This document shows positions 18,811-27,828 of a stretch of DNA of 40,469 bases, one piece after another. A program made the translations under genes and the position numbers. Position 1 is the stretch's first letter. Each line of letters starts with the position of its first letter. Source of the DNA: an uncultured Bacilli bacterium (GTDB taxonomy: Bacteria; Bacillota_I; Bacilli_A; RF39; UBA660); assembly GCA_947626125.1 (NCBI GenBank), contig CANQRA010000003.1, forward strand, positions 1-40,469, given 5' to 3'. The notes under the pieces were generated by a model. It ran no database searches. It was not told the origin of the DNA and saw nothing but the letters and a program-made list of their open reading frames with translations.

Positions 18811-20487
18811 TTAGCGGAAACCTCCTCCGCCTCCGCCGCCACCGAAGGAACCTCCGCCTCCGCCGCCAGATGAGAATCCTCCGCCGCCAGAAGAATAACT
18901 TTGGGCCCGACTTCTAGCACTGCTTGCGGCACTGACACCATTTACAGATATGGTATGGATAAACATAATGTCATTAAATGTATCATCAGTTAAAACATCA
19001 GGATATAATTTTTTAAATTCTTTAGCTACTTTTTCCGCAATACCAAATATTTGGGCATATATTAAATAGTATTCCCAAAGTTTTACTTCAATGGCTTCTC
19101 TTTCTTTAATATTAGAAAAATCATTTAAAAAATTTTTTAATCCCGCCATTTGAATGACGTATCCTTTCATATTATCATTAACATAATAAACTTTACTAAA
19201 AGTTTTCTTTTCTTCTACTATCAATCCTTCATTTATGAATTTTATTGTTATATCATCTATTACATTATTGAACCAAGATAATATTTTATTATAATTATTT
19301 TTACACCATTTAGTAAATTCATTATTTTCTAATATACCATCTTTAGAAGCTTTTAACATCATATCAAATAATTCTTTTTCTCTATCTGATAAATTATTAA
19401 AATGAACTAATTTTAAGGCTTTTTCTTTTTCATTTACTTTAACATTTTCAATGTTACCATCTTTTAACCATTTAAGTAAAATTGCCCCTAAAAAATCGGT
19501 ATTTCTTTTAATTAAACGATATTGACAAGCTACCCAATAAGCTTTAAAAATATCTTTATCTAAAGGTATATCACGAAAGTATGGCACATCTTTTACTTTT
19601 TTACCGGCTTTGCCAAATTTTAATTTTTTAGTTCCATAATAGGTTGCTGTGGCAAATTTATAAATTATAAATATTAAAAAGGCGTACGGTAACAGATTAG
19701 TTAAAAAGAAAAAAATACTTATAAAAATGATTTCTATTATCTTTTTTCCAGAACTCTCTTTATCACTATAATTTTTGGCTCCATCATTAGCCAGATTCAA
19801 ATAATAATTAAAATCTTTATTAAGACTAGATTGAGTATTAAAAGTTCCTTTAGGGAATTTAACTAAAACCGTCATGTATTCATCACTTTCTAAAGCATCT
19901 TCATGAACTAATTCAATATACCCATCATAAACATAAGCATAACCACCATAATTTCCATAACCCCAAACAGGTAAATCGTTACTATAAGCAAAATCACTAT
20001 ATATTTTAATGTATACATAATCTGGTTTATCTGATAAATTATAAGGAATGAGTTGCCAATAAATCATGTCAGCATCATTAATGGTGGAAACAAAATTAGT
20101 TATAGTGTATTCCATTAAATAAGTATTATTTCCATATTCACTAATCCCAAAACATAATTCATAGCCATTATTAATGGGGTTAATCCCAGCTTTATATTTT
20201 TTCTCATTAAATGAGGCATCAACATTCCAATTACTTAAAGTCGTAAAGCTTCTTCCATTTAAGGATACTTTATAATTTGTTATTTCACTTTGACCTAAAT
20301 TATAATATGGTTTATATCCTTCTGTTCCCGTATTTAAAGAAGCTGTCCATTCTTCTTTAACATGCGCATTACCCATATTATCTACATAGATATCCATTGT
20401 TATTTTTTTTATATCATTTGCATGAACAATATTTATACTTAAAAGGAAAGTAAAAATCCATAAAAATATATAAGAAACTTTTTTCAT
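18811..20487 (-). CDS. DUF2207-family membrane protein
   Basis: Signal peptide, central TM, WEYYLIYAQIFG, Gly/Ser-rich tail; follows lemA. Confidence 0.85.
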   Translation of the reverse strand: MKKVSYIFLWIFTFLLSINIVHANDIKKITMDIYVDNMGNAHVKEEWTASLNTGTEGYKPYYNLGQSEITNYKVSLNGRSFTTLSNWNVDASFNEKKYKAGINPINNGYELCFGISEYGNNTYLMEYTITNFVSTINDADMIYWQLIPYNLSDKPDYVYIKIYSDFAYSNDLPVWGYGNYGGYAYVYDGYIELVHEDALESDEYMTVLVKFPKGTFNTQSSLNKDFNYYLNLANDGAKNYSDKESSGKKIIEIIFISIFFFLTNLLPYAFLIFIIYKFATATYYGTKKLKFGKAGKKVKDVPYFRDIPLDKDIFKAYWVACQYRLIKRNTDFLGAILLKWLKDGNIENVKVNEKEKALKLVHFNNLSDREKELFDMMLKASKDGILENNEFTKWCKNNYNKILSWFNNVIDDITIKFINEGLIVEEKKTFSKVYYVNDNMKGYVIQMAGLKNFLNDFSNIKEREAIEVKLWEYYLIYAQIFGIAEKVAKEFKKLYPDVLTDDTFNDIMFIHTISVNGVSAASSARSRAQSYSSGGGGFSSGGGGGGSFGGGGGGGGFR

Positions 20488-20501
20488 AAGCCCTCCTAAC
20501 T

Positions 20502-20524
20502 AAAAAAGGCATTTAACAATGCCT
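20502..20524 (-). terminator. Terminator-like hairpin between lemA and DUF2207 gene
   Basis: AGGCATT-N4-AATGCCT then TTTTT, overlapping the lemA stop. Confidence 0.5.
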
Positions 20525-21074
20525 AAAATTTAACCTTAACGTTTTCTTTTTCTTCATTTGTTGCTTCAAAGAATTTCTCTTTAACAAAGCCAAATATTGA
20601 AGCAATAATATTAGATGGAAACATTTGAATTTTATTATTAAGCTTTAAGACAGAATCATTATAGAAACCCCTTGCATAACCAATCTTCTCTTCAATTCCT
20701 TTTAACTCTTCTTGTAATTGCAGAAAATTTTCATTCGCTTTCAAATCAGGATAATCTTCTGCTAAAGCAAATAACCGGTTAATAGCTTTCGTAAGTTCAC
20801 CATCTGCTTGCAATCCCTCTTCTGTACTATTTGCTGTGGCATATGTATTACGCGCTTTAACAATATCTTCCAAAGTTCCTTTCTCATGTTTAGCATAGCC
20901 TTTAACTGTTTCCACTAAATTAGGAACTAAATCAAATCTTTTCTTTAATTCTACATCAATTTGACTTTTTTGGTCTTGAACAGCATTTCTTAAACGAACT
21001 AGACTATTGTAAACGCTTATTACATAAAGGGCAATTAAAACAATTACCACAATTAAAATAACCCACCAACTCAT
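20523..21074 (-). CDS. lemA: LemA family protein
   Basis: YNSLV, RFDLVPNLVETVKGYAKHE, YPDLKANENF, FPSNIIA. Confidence 0.95.
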   Translation of the reverse strand: MSWWVILIVVIVLIALYVISVYNSLVRLRNAVQDQKSQIDVELKKRFDLVPNLVETVKGYAKHEKGTLEDIVKARNTYATANSTEEGLQADGELTKAINRLFALAEDYPDLKANENFLQLQEELKGIEEKIGYARGFYNDSVLKLNNKIQMFPSNIIASIFGFVKEKFFEATNEEKENVKVKF

Positions 21075-21195
21075 TTTTCATCCTCCTTGTATATATTGAT
21101 ATTATCATATACTAACTTGTATTTCAATTATATTATATTTATTTTTTCAAAATTTTACGCATTAAAAATTCTTAATGAATTTGAAAAATTATCCA

Positions 21196-21699
21196 TTAAG
21201 AATTAAAGATGGAACATTTTTCTTCTAATAATTTAAAATTACAACATCTTCTAGCAATCTCAGGTTCTAAAGTATTATCTAAATATTTTTCATATAATTT
21301 TTTTGCTTTGCTATATAACTGGTCACTATGACGATTTAACCAAAATAATTGTTCTTTCAAAAGCTTTACATATTTTTCTTCCGATTTGGAAAGGCACTTT
21401 TTTTCCAAATCTAATTTTATTATATTTTTTTCCTTCACAGGTAACATATTGTTAAAGTTAATTGCCCCTAACTTACCACCATCTAATTTTAAAAAATCTA
21501 ATTTTGTCTTCATTTTTAAATGTTTTGGCTTTGGACTAGATAAAGGAGCAAAATACATATAATGTCTTACTTTGAAAAGTACGCCAATAAATGGTCTTAA
21601 TGATTTTTCGCCATAGTTATACGGAACTTTATTATCAAAGCTTCTTAAATAATCACAATATTTTGGGTCTAATCTTACAATGTATAACGTTTCTTCCAT
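21196..21699 (-). CDS. toxN: Type III toxin-antitoxin endoribonuclease, ToxN/AbiQ family
   Basis: YLRSFDNKV, RPFIGV, YFAPLSSPKPKH, INFNNMLPV, CCNFKLLEEKC; preceded by repeats and terminator. Confidence 0.92.
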   Translation of the reverse strand: MEETLYIVRLDPKYCDYLRSFDNKVPYNYGEKSLRPFIGVLFKVRHYMYFAPLSSPKPKHLKMKTKLDFLKLDGGKLGAINFNNMLPVKEKNIIKLDLEKKCLSKSEEKYVKLLKEQLFWLNRHSDQLYSKAKKLYEKYLDNTLEPEIARRCCNFKLLEEKCSIFNS

Positions 21700-21789
21700 A
21701 ATAACAAACCATTCCTTTCACTTCTTTCAAGGCACACAGGTCCTGAAAACTTTTCAAGCTAATCATTATAAACTTTATATATATAATAT

Positions 21790-21818
21790 AAATAAAACTA
21801 GAGTATGCTCTCTAGTCC
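21790..21818 (-). terminator. Terminator between antitoxin array and toxin
   Basis: ACTAGAG-N6-CTCTAGT followed by TTTATTT on minus strand. Confidence 0.8.
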
Positions 21819-21933
21819 TTTTTTAAGTTCCTCTTATGGTGGGAATCACCGCTTTTTTTAGTTCCTCTTATGGTGGGAATCACCGCTTTTTTAAGTTCCT
21901 CTTTATAGTGGGAATCACTAGCTTTTTTAAGTT
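21819..21933 (-). ncRNA. toxI: ToxI-type antitoxin RNA, about 3.3 tandem repeats of 34-36 nt
   Basis: Units 21819-21852, 21853-21886, 21887-21922 plus partial; RNA GCGGUGAUUCCCACCAUAAGAGGAACUUAAAAAA can fold as an H-type pseudoknot. Confidence 0.9.
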
Positions 21934-21999
21934 GTCATTATATTAAATGACATAAATATTATATGCATTTTTGCATAACTTAATTTCTTAAGTAATTTA

Positions 22000-22028
22000 A
22001 ATATATCTTTTTTCCCGTAAAAAGTCAA
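22000..22028 (-). promoter_or_regulatory. SigmaA promoter of toxIN
   Basis: TTGACT-N17-TATATT upstream of the array. Confidence 0.65.
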
Positions 22029-22039
22029 GTTTAACTAGC

Positions 22040-22723
22040 CTATTTTCCTTCATCAAAGGTTAAAACATGGCCAAAAATTTCTAATGAACTGGTTTTTCTA
22101 TTATAAATCAATGCCCCATCGTCAAAAATAGCATATACTGTTTTCTTTTTTTCATTAGCAGTTTTTTGTAATTTGGCTAAATATCTTTTATTTTTGCTGG
22201 AGTGAACATCATGATAAAAAGGGTCATCTAAGATGCCAAAGCCATCATAAAAAGCAAAATATTTATAATAATTATTTTTTGCGGTAATAAAATACCTTTT
22301 TAATTGGAGAACTGCCCCGGCACTAAAGCCAATAATTATGCCTTTATAATGTTTAATAGTATATAAAAGCTCGGTTTCTTGCGTAACTTTACTATAAAGC
22401 ATTTCCGGATTACCTCCTGGAATTAATAAAATATCACTATCCTCAATAATTTTTTTAAAGTCATTAAAGTGCTCTTTATCATAGCAGTTCAAAATAGTAA
22501 TATTATCTTCTTTAATTCCTAATGCAAGTAAAGGATTCACATATTTATTATATCTTTCTCCGCCTTTAATAAACCATTCATTAGCAAAGGTTTCTTTGTT
22601 TAGTTCACTCGCAAAAGCCCAAGCAATTACTACGACTTTTTGCTTATCATTTATGATTTCTTTTAATTTACTATGAACTAATTCCATTCCTTTTATATAA
22701 TTACTGAGTAAAACACTATACAT
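22040..22723 (-). CDS. Peptidase S51 / class I glutamine-amidotransferase-like protein
   Basis: IPGGNP, nucleophile GFSAGA, DVH; start at MYSVL after AAGGAGG. Confidence 0.8.
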   Translation of the reverse strand: MYSVLLSNYIKGMELVHSKLKEIINDKQKVVVIAWAFASELNKETFANEWFIKGGERYNKYVNPLLALGIKEDNITILNCYDKEHFNDFKKIIEDSDILLIPGGNPEMLYSKVTQETELLYTIKHYKGIIIGFSAGAVLQLKRYFITAKNNYYKYFAFYDGFGILDDPFYHDVHSSKNKRYLAKLQKTANEKKKTVYAIFDDGALIYNRKTSSLEIFGHVLTFDEGK

Positions 22724-22760
22724 TTGTTCCTCCTTTATTAAATTATACAATAATGATTAT

Positions 22761-23625
22761 TTAATTACCATCATATTTTTCTATAATCGTAAGCACATAT
22801 TTCAATAAACTTTCTTTTACAATTTTATCTTCTAATTTATTAATTAAATTTATTAATTAAAAAAATTTTACTACCTGCATAATTAAGAGAAGCACCACAA
22901 TGATAAATTCCTTTTTAGTCTAATATAATATACCTATCATGAAAATCATTATTATAGACCACTTTTAAATTTTTATATTGCCTTTGGTATTTATTTATAT
23001 TTATTTGTTTTAACAAGGCATTATTCTTATATATTATAGTTAAGTCAATTTTTAAATCTCTTATCATATCTAAAACAGATTTATCGGCATAGTTATCAAT
23101 AATAATTATGTTGTCGTGAGCTTCCTTAAAAATATCAACTATTTTTGAATAAGCATCATAGATTTGTCCATTAAAATATATTTCATTATCTTTTGTCTTT
23201 TCTTCAAATTTATTAAAAGATTCTTGTAGTAATTTAATATCTTCGTCATGTTTTGTCACTAAATTGTTAATATATTTTTGCCCAATTAATTCATTAGAAA
23301 TATATTTTCGCATCAATACAAAAGCACGCATAATGTTAATACTTACTTTTGAAGCAACCGGCGTTTTTAAAACACTTGCTAGCATAGCAACTCCTTGCTC
23401 AGTAAAGACATATGGGTTTTTTCGAATTCCTCCATGTTTTGAAGTTTCAGATTGAAACTTCAAGTTCTTATATTCTTCAGTTGTTAACTGAAAATAAAAA
23501 TCTTTAGGAAACCTTTCAAAATTTCTATGAACAGCCAAATTGATTGATTTAGTACCATTCGCACATTCATAAAGTCTTGCTAAATCAGAGTCCAATATTA
23601 CTTGCTTTCTCTTATTTTCATAATT
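22761..23625 (-). pseudogene. ORF6N DNA-binding plus PLD-like domain gene, inactivated
   Basis: KQVILDSDLARLY..RFPKDFYFQLT..VFTEQGVAML; in-frame TAA at 22915 splits HDRYIILD from KGIYHCGASLN; 13-bp tandem duplication 22835-22860 shifts frame; no ATG/RBS at the 5' end. Confidence 0.8.
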
Positions 23626-23649
23626 CTTGCTCTATAATTAAGAAAAACT

Positions 23650-23780
23650 AACGCCCTCTGCTTTGTAAATACTTCAAGTAAATTTTTTGAAAATTGCCCT
23701 AAATTCTAAGGTCGCAAAATGCGACCTTAAAATATCAAAATATTCGTTTTTACTTAATTTAAAGCAAGTCTTTCTAGAAA
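23650..23780 (-). pseudogene. Second, heavily decayed ORF6N fragment
   Basis: Frameshifted pieces FLER / CFKLSKNEYFDILRSHFATLE / GQFSKNLLEVFTKQ align with FPKDFYFQLTTEEYKNLKFQSETSK..VFTEQ. Confidence 0.65.
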
Positions 23781-24866
23781 TTATTTGTTTTTAGATATAC
23801 TTAATATAATACCTATACTAGCCATACTAACAAGTAAACTACTTCCGCCATAGCTAAGGAAAGGAAGCGTAACTCCGGTCACAGGAATTAAACCGACAAC
23901 TACCATTAAATTTAAAGTGGCTTGAATAATTAGACCGAATGATAAACCAAAAGCTAAAAATTTACCAAAAGTATCTTTACACTTTAAAGCAATAGATAAT
24001 CCTAAATAAAAAATGAGAAAAAATAAACTAGTTACAATTAAGACACCTAAAAAGCCTAATTCTTCACTAATAATAGAAAAGATAAAATCAGTTTGGGGTT
24101 CGGGTAAATAAAAATATTTTTGCCTTGACTTTAAAAAGCCTTGACCTAGAAGGCCACCTGGACCAATCGCATATAAACTTTGAAGTATTTGATAACCACT
24201 TCCTAAAGGGTCACTCCACGGATTAATAAAACTAACGATTCTTTTCATCCGGTAAGGGGCCGCGATAATAATGCCGACAATGCCTAAAAGACCGACTAAA
24301 CCAATCTTCACAAAGAAAGAAATTTGCACACCACTAGTAAAAATCAAAACAACTAAAGTAAGAACAATAACCATCGCCGTACCAAAATCAGGTTCTAACA
24401 TGATAATTAAAAAGAAAAAACCAATAACGCCTAAGATAGGCAGCACTCCTTTTACGATGCTATTCATCACGCGTTTGTTATTTGTTAAATACTTAGATAC
24501 ATAAATAATTAAACCAATCTTCGCAAATTCCGAGGGTTGAATTCCTAGAGAACCTATGCCAAACCAACTACGAGAACCATTTCTAACACTACCAATCCCA
24601 GGAATTAAAACTAAAATTAGCAAAACAGCACAAATAATTAAAATCAAGTTGGCATACTTATAATAAATGTGATAATCAACCTTCGATAAAATATACATAA
24701 TGAATAAACCAAGAAAGAAGAAGATACCTTGCATCATAACAAATTTATATGGATTATTAAATTTATATTCCGCCCAAACAAAACTAGCTGAATAAATCAT
24801 AATAAGACCAAATACGGCCATGATAATAGTCGTAATTATTAAAGCTCTGCTTGTATTTTTGTTCAC
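23781..24866 (-). CDS. spoVE: SEDS protein SpoVE
   Basis: RNGSRSWFGIGSLGIQPSEF, DPLGSGYQILQSLYAIGPGG, YLPEPQTDFIF; dcw position after mraY. Confidence 0.88.
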   Translation of the reverse strand: MNKNTSRALIITTIIMAVFGLIMIYSASFVWAEYKFNNPYKFVMMQGIFFFLGLFIMYILSKVDYHIYYKYANLILIICAVLLILVLIPGIGSVRNGSRSWFGIGSLGIQPSEFAKIGLIIYVSKYLTNNKRVMNSIVKGVLPILGVIGFFFLIIMLEPDFGTAMVIVLTLVVLIFTSGVQISFFVKIGLVGLLGIVGIIIAAPYRMKRIVSFINPWSDPLGSGYQILQSLYAIGPGGLLGQGFLKSRQKYFYLPEPQTDFIFSIISEELGFLGVLIVTSLFFLIFYLGLSIALKCKDTFGKFLAFGLSFGLIIQATLNLMVVVGLIPVTGVTLPFLSYGGSSLLVSMASIGIILSISKNK

Positions 24867-24888
24867 TAATAAACCCCCTAAATTCTTC

Positions 24889-25881
24889 TTATAACCAAAC
24901 GCCGTATGTAATCGCGGCCATCGCTAAAAGTAAACCAACGACATAAAACAATTTAATAATATCGCTTTCATTCCATTTTAATTCTTCAAAGTGATGATGT
25001 AGAGGTGCCTTTAAAAAGACTTTTTTATGAAATTCTCTTATGCCAATAATTTGAATAAAACTACTCAAAGTTTCGATAACAAAAACGCCCCCAATAATAG
25101 CTAAAGATAATTCATGACGAGTAAGAATGGCAATGGTTGCTAAGGCACCCCCTAAAGAAAGAGAACCTAAATCACCCATGAATACTTTAGCAGGATGGGA
25201 ATTAAAGACTAAGAAACCAAGTAATGCCCCAACAATTAAAAAGCAGAAAATAGCTATTTCTTGATAACCTTCTAACCAGCCACAATTCCAAGAGATAATA
25301 CCATAAGCTAAAAAAGCAATCGCGGATAAACCAGCACATAACCCATCTAAGCCATCCGTAATATTAACGGCATTCGTAGTGCCTACAAGTAAGAATAAAA
25401 TAAATAACCCAAAAGTCCAGCCTAAAGGAATAACTAAATTTAAAGCGGTAAATTCGATTGTTGAAGAACCACCACTGCGCATAAATAAGTAAAAGAAAAC
25501 TAAAGCAATAATGACTTGTACTAAAAATTTCGTCACTAAACTTAATCCGGCATTATTTTTATATTTAACTTTGATAAAATCATCGACGCCACCTAAAATA
25601 GCATAAGCTAAAAAGACAAAGACGAGAATACCAATATTAAAACTCATTTCTATACTACCATTAATATACAAAAGAATTAAGGATAATAGAACGGGAATAA
25701 TAAAGATAATTCCTCCCATCGTTGGCGTTCCCTCTTTTTTTAAATGGCGAATATTAATATCGCGACTTACACTTTGACCAATATGAAATTTTTTTAAAAT
25801 AGGAATAAATATTAGGCCACAAGATATGGCTAACGTAAATCCTAACATCATGGCCATGGCCGCTTTGGCTAGAATTAGCAT
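24889..25881 (-). CDS. mraY: Phospho-N-acetylmuramoyl-pentapeptide transferase
   Basis: KEGTPTMGG, NAVNITDGLDGL, VFMGDLGS, APLHHHFE. Confidence 0.97.
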   Translation of the reverse strand: MLILAKAAMAMMLGFTLAISCGLIFIPILKKFHIGQSVSRDINIRHLKKEGTPTMGGIIFIIPVLLSLILLYINGSIEMSFNIGILVFVFLAYAILGGVDDFIKVKYKNNAGLSLVTKFLVQVIIALVFFYLFMRSGGSSTIEFTALNLVIPLGWTFGLFILFLLVGTTNAVNITDGLDGLCAGLSAIAFLAYGIISWNCGWLEGYQEIAIFCFLIVGALLGFLVFNSHPAKVFMGDLGSLSLGGALATIAILTRHELSLAIIGGVFVIETLSSFIQIIGIREFHKKVFLKAPLHHHFEELKWNESDIIKLFYVVGLLLAMAAITYGVWL

Positions 25882-25960
25882 GAAATTTCACCTCTATTTA
25901 ATTATACACTACATAATGTGCTTTTTAATTATCTATTTTTTACTTTTACAAAAATTGACA

Positions 25961-26989
25961 TTAATTTAGCAATAAAGTTATGGTTGTCTCAACACTTTGA
26001 AAAGTATTAGCACTCGGGGACATATAAACAACTTTATCACCACTGCCACTATACTTAACTTTAAAATCTTTTAAAGCTTTGGTGGCTTCGCTTTTACTCA
26101 TACCAACTACATCAGGTACAGCTAAATACTTAACATCTAAATAAGAATATTCTTTTAACATTCCGCCTTCTTGTTCTTTAATTCCTAAAGTTTCGATGGC
26201 GGATAGCAAAACACTTCGAGCTATGGGTGCGGAAACCGTCCCACCATACTGGGTAACACCTTTGGGATTATCGACGGCAACATAGACAACTACCTCGGGG
26301 TCATTCGCCGGTAAAAAACCAATGAATGATAAAGTATAATTCCCAACCATATATTTACCGTCGGCGACTTTTTGGGCAGTCCCGGTTTTTCCACCAACCC
26401 GATAATTTTCAATGTAAGCATTTTTCCCCGTTCCATTTGCCACAACACTTTCTAAAGCAAATCTTACTGTGGCACTTGTCTCAGGACTAATTACTTTGCG
26501 TTTTTCCTTCGGCTTATTTTCTAAAACAATCGCTTTACTTACATAATCACTAACACTTGATACCACATAAGGCGTATACAAAGTACCGCCATTAATCACG
26601 GCAGAAACCGCGGTAATTTGTTGGATGGGGGTAACACTGATACCTTGACCAAAAGCCGTTGTTGCTAGTTCTACCGGTCCCATTTTATCTTCTTTAAATA
26701 AAATACCATTACCTTCTCCATTTAAATCAATCCCTGTTTTACTGCCAAAGCCAAAGGCTTTAATATAACCCATTAATTTTTCGACCCCTAGTTTATTACC
26801 GAGAGAGACAAAGCCGGGGTTACAAGAATTTTCTACCACTTCTAAGTAAGTTTGGGTACCATGACCACCATGTTTCCAACAATGCAGGGTAGCCCCATCA
26901 ACAGTTATAGCACCTGTATCGGTAAAGGTATCTTTAAATAAATCAACCGTTTTCTCTTCTACAGTCGATGCTAAAGTGATAATTTTAAA
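25961..26989 (-). CDS. spoVD: spoVD 3' part (transpeptidase remainder plus PASTA), translated only after excision
   Basis: FKIITLAS.., SCN and KTG motifs, C-terminal PASTA; same frame as the 5' part. Confidence 0.88.
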   Translation of the reverse strand, partial: FKIITLASTVEEKTVDLFKDTFTDTGAITVDGATLHCWKHGGHGTQTYLEVVENSCNPGFVSLGNKLGVEKLMGYIKAFGFGSKTGIDLNGEGNGILFKEDKMGPVELATTAFGQGISVTPIQQITAVSAVINGGTLYTPYVVSSVSDYVSKAIVLENKPKEKRKVISPETSATVRFALESVVANGTGKNAYIENYRVGGKTGTAQKVADGKYMVGNYTLSFIGFLPANDPEVVVYVAVDNPKGVTQYGGTVSAPIARSVLLSAIETLGIKEQEGGMLKEYSYLDVKYLAVPDVVGMSKSEATKALKDFKVKYSGSGDKVVYMSPSANTFQSVETTITLLLN

Positions 26990-27008
26990 CGCCACTACCA
27001 TTTAGTGA
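26985..27008. repeat. att junction at spoVD 3' part (core plus attP arm)
   Basis: TT-AAACGCCACTACCATTTAGTGA; arm is a 17/22 inverted match to 29726-29747. Confidence 0.88.
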
Positions 27009-27025
27009 TTAAAAAAGAAGATGAG

Positions 27026-27790
27026 TTATTTATCTTCTAATTTAAAATTTAACATTTCTTTAGCAGCACTTTCATACAAATCTTGTTCATGTTTAATGGT
27101 GTCTATTAAAAACATTTTATCTTCTTTATAATTTTTTAATCCTCTCATATAATAGGGTTTATCACTATCAAGAACGATAAAAGGCATAATATTATTTTTC
27201 AAACATTCTTTAAACATAATCATCCTTCCTACTCTTCCATTACCATCTCCAAAAGGGTGAATTATCTCAAAACGATAATGAAATTCAATAATATCTTCAA
27301 GGGTAATTTTTTTTAAATTATTATACTCATTAAGTAAATTATCTAATTCTTTTTCCACATCTTCAGGTGCTGAAGTATTTATAACATTAATGAGGCCAAT
27401 TTTATTTGGTACTACTTTAAAACCACCAACATTATAACGGGGATTTTCTTCATCAGAAGTATTCCTTTTTAATATCATATTCATTTTAATCATTATTTCT
27501 TTTGTTAAATTTTCATCAATAATATCTAAACAATAATCAAAAAGGCGAAAATGATTTTTCATTTCAATTAAATCATCTAACTTAATGGCATCATCACTCT
27601 TAGGCATAAAGGAATCGGTGGCAAATATTTCTTCTGTTTCATCTTCCGTTAATTTACTACCTTCCATCTTATTAGAATTATAGGCAAAATTAACTTGTGA
27701 ATAATGATAAATATTCCCCTTAAATTTAGATTTTCGTTGCATAATTAATTCTTGTTTTATTTTATCTATTAGCATGTTATTCATCTCCAT
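27026..27790 (-). CDS. Fic-domain protein, class II (self-inhibited)
   Basis: HPFGDGNGRVGR catalytic motif; N-terminal SNKMEG inhibitory motif; true start may be ATG 27775 after GGAG. Confidence 0.92.
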   Translation of the reverse strand: MEMNNMLIDKIKQELIMQRKSKFKGNIYHYSQVNFAYNSNKMEGSKLTEDETEEIFATDSFMPKSDDAIKLDDLIEMKNHFRLFDYCLDIIDENLTKEIMIKMNMILKRNTSDEENPRYNVGGFKVVPNKIGLINVINTSAPEDVEKELDNLLNEYNNLKKITLEDIIEFHYRFEIIHPFGDGNGRVGRMIMFKECLKNNIMPFIVLDSDKPYYMRGLKNYKEDKMFLIDTIKHEQDLYESAAKEMLNFKLEDK

Positions 27791-27828
27791 TTAATACATT
27801 CATTATAACATATCCTCAAGAAAAAAAC

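Noticed and set aside
18820-18890. GC-rich CCGCCT/CCGCCG repeats
   Set aside because: They encode the usual Gly-rich tail of DUF2207 proteins.
21819-21933. Mini CRISPR array
   Set aside because: Repeats are contiguous with no spacers, no cas genes are present, and the layout matches toxIN.
25961-27001. 346-aa ORF (MVVAFK..) as an independent PBP gene
   Set aside because: Its ATG lies in the att arm with no Shine-Dalgarno; the product would lack the anchor and catalytic Ser.
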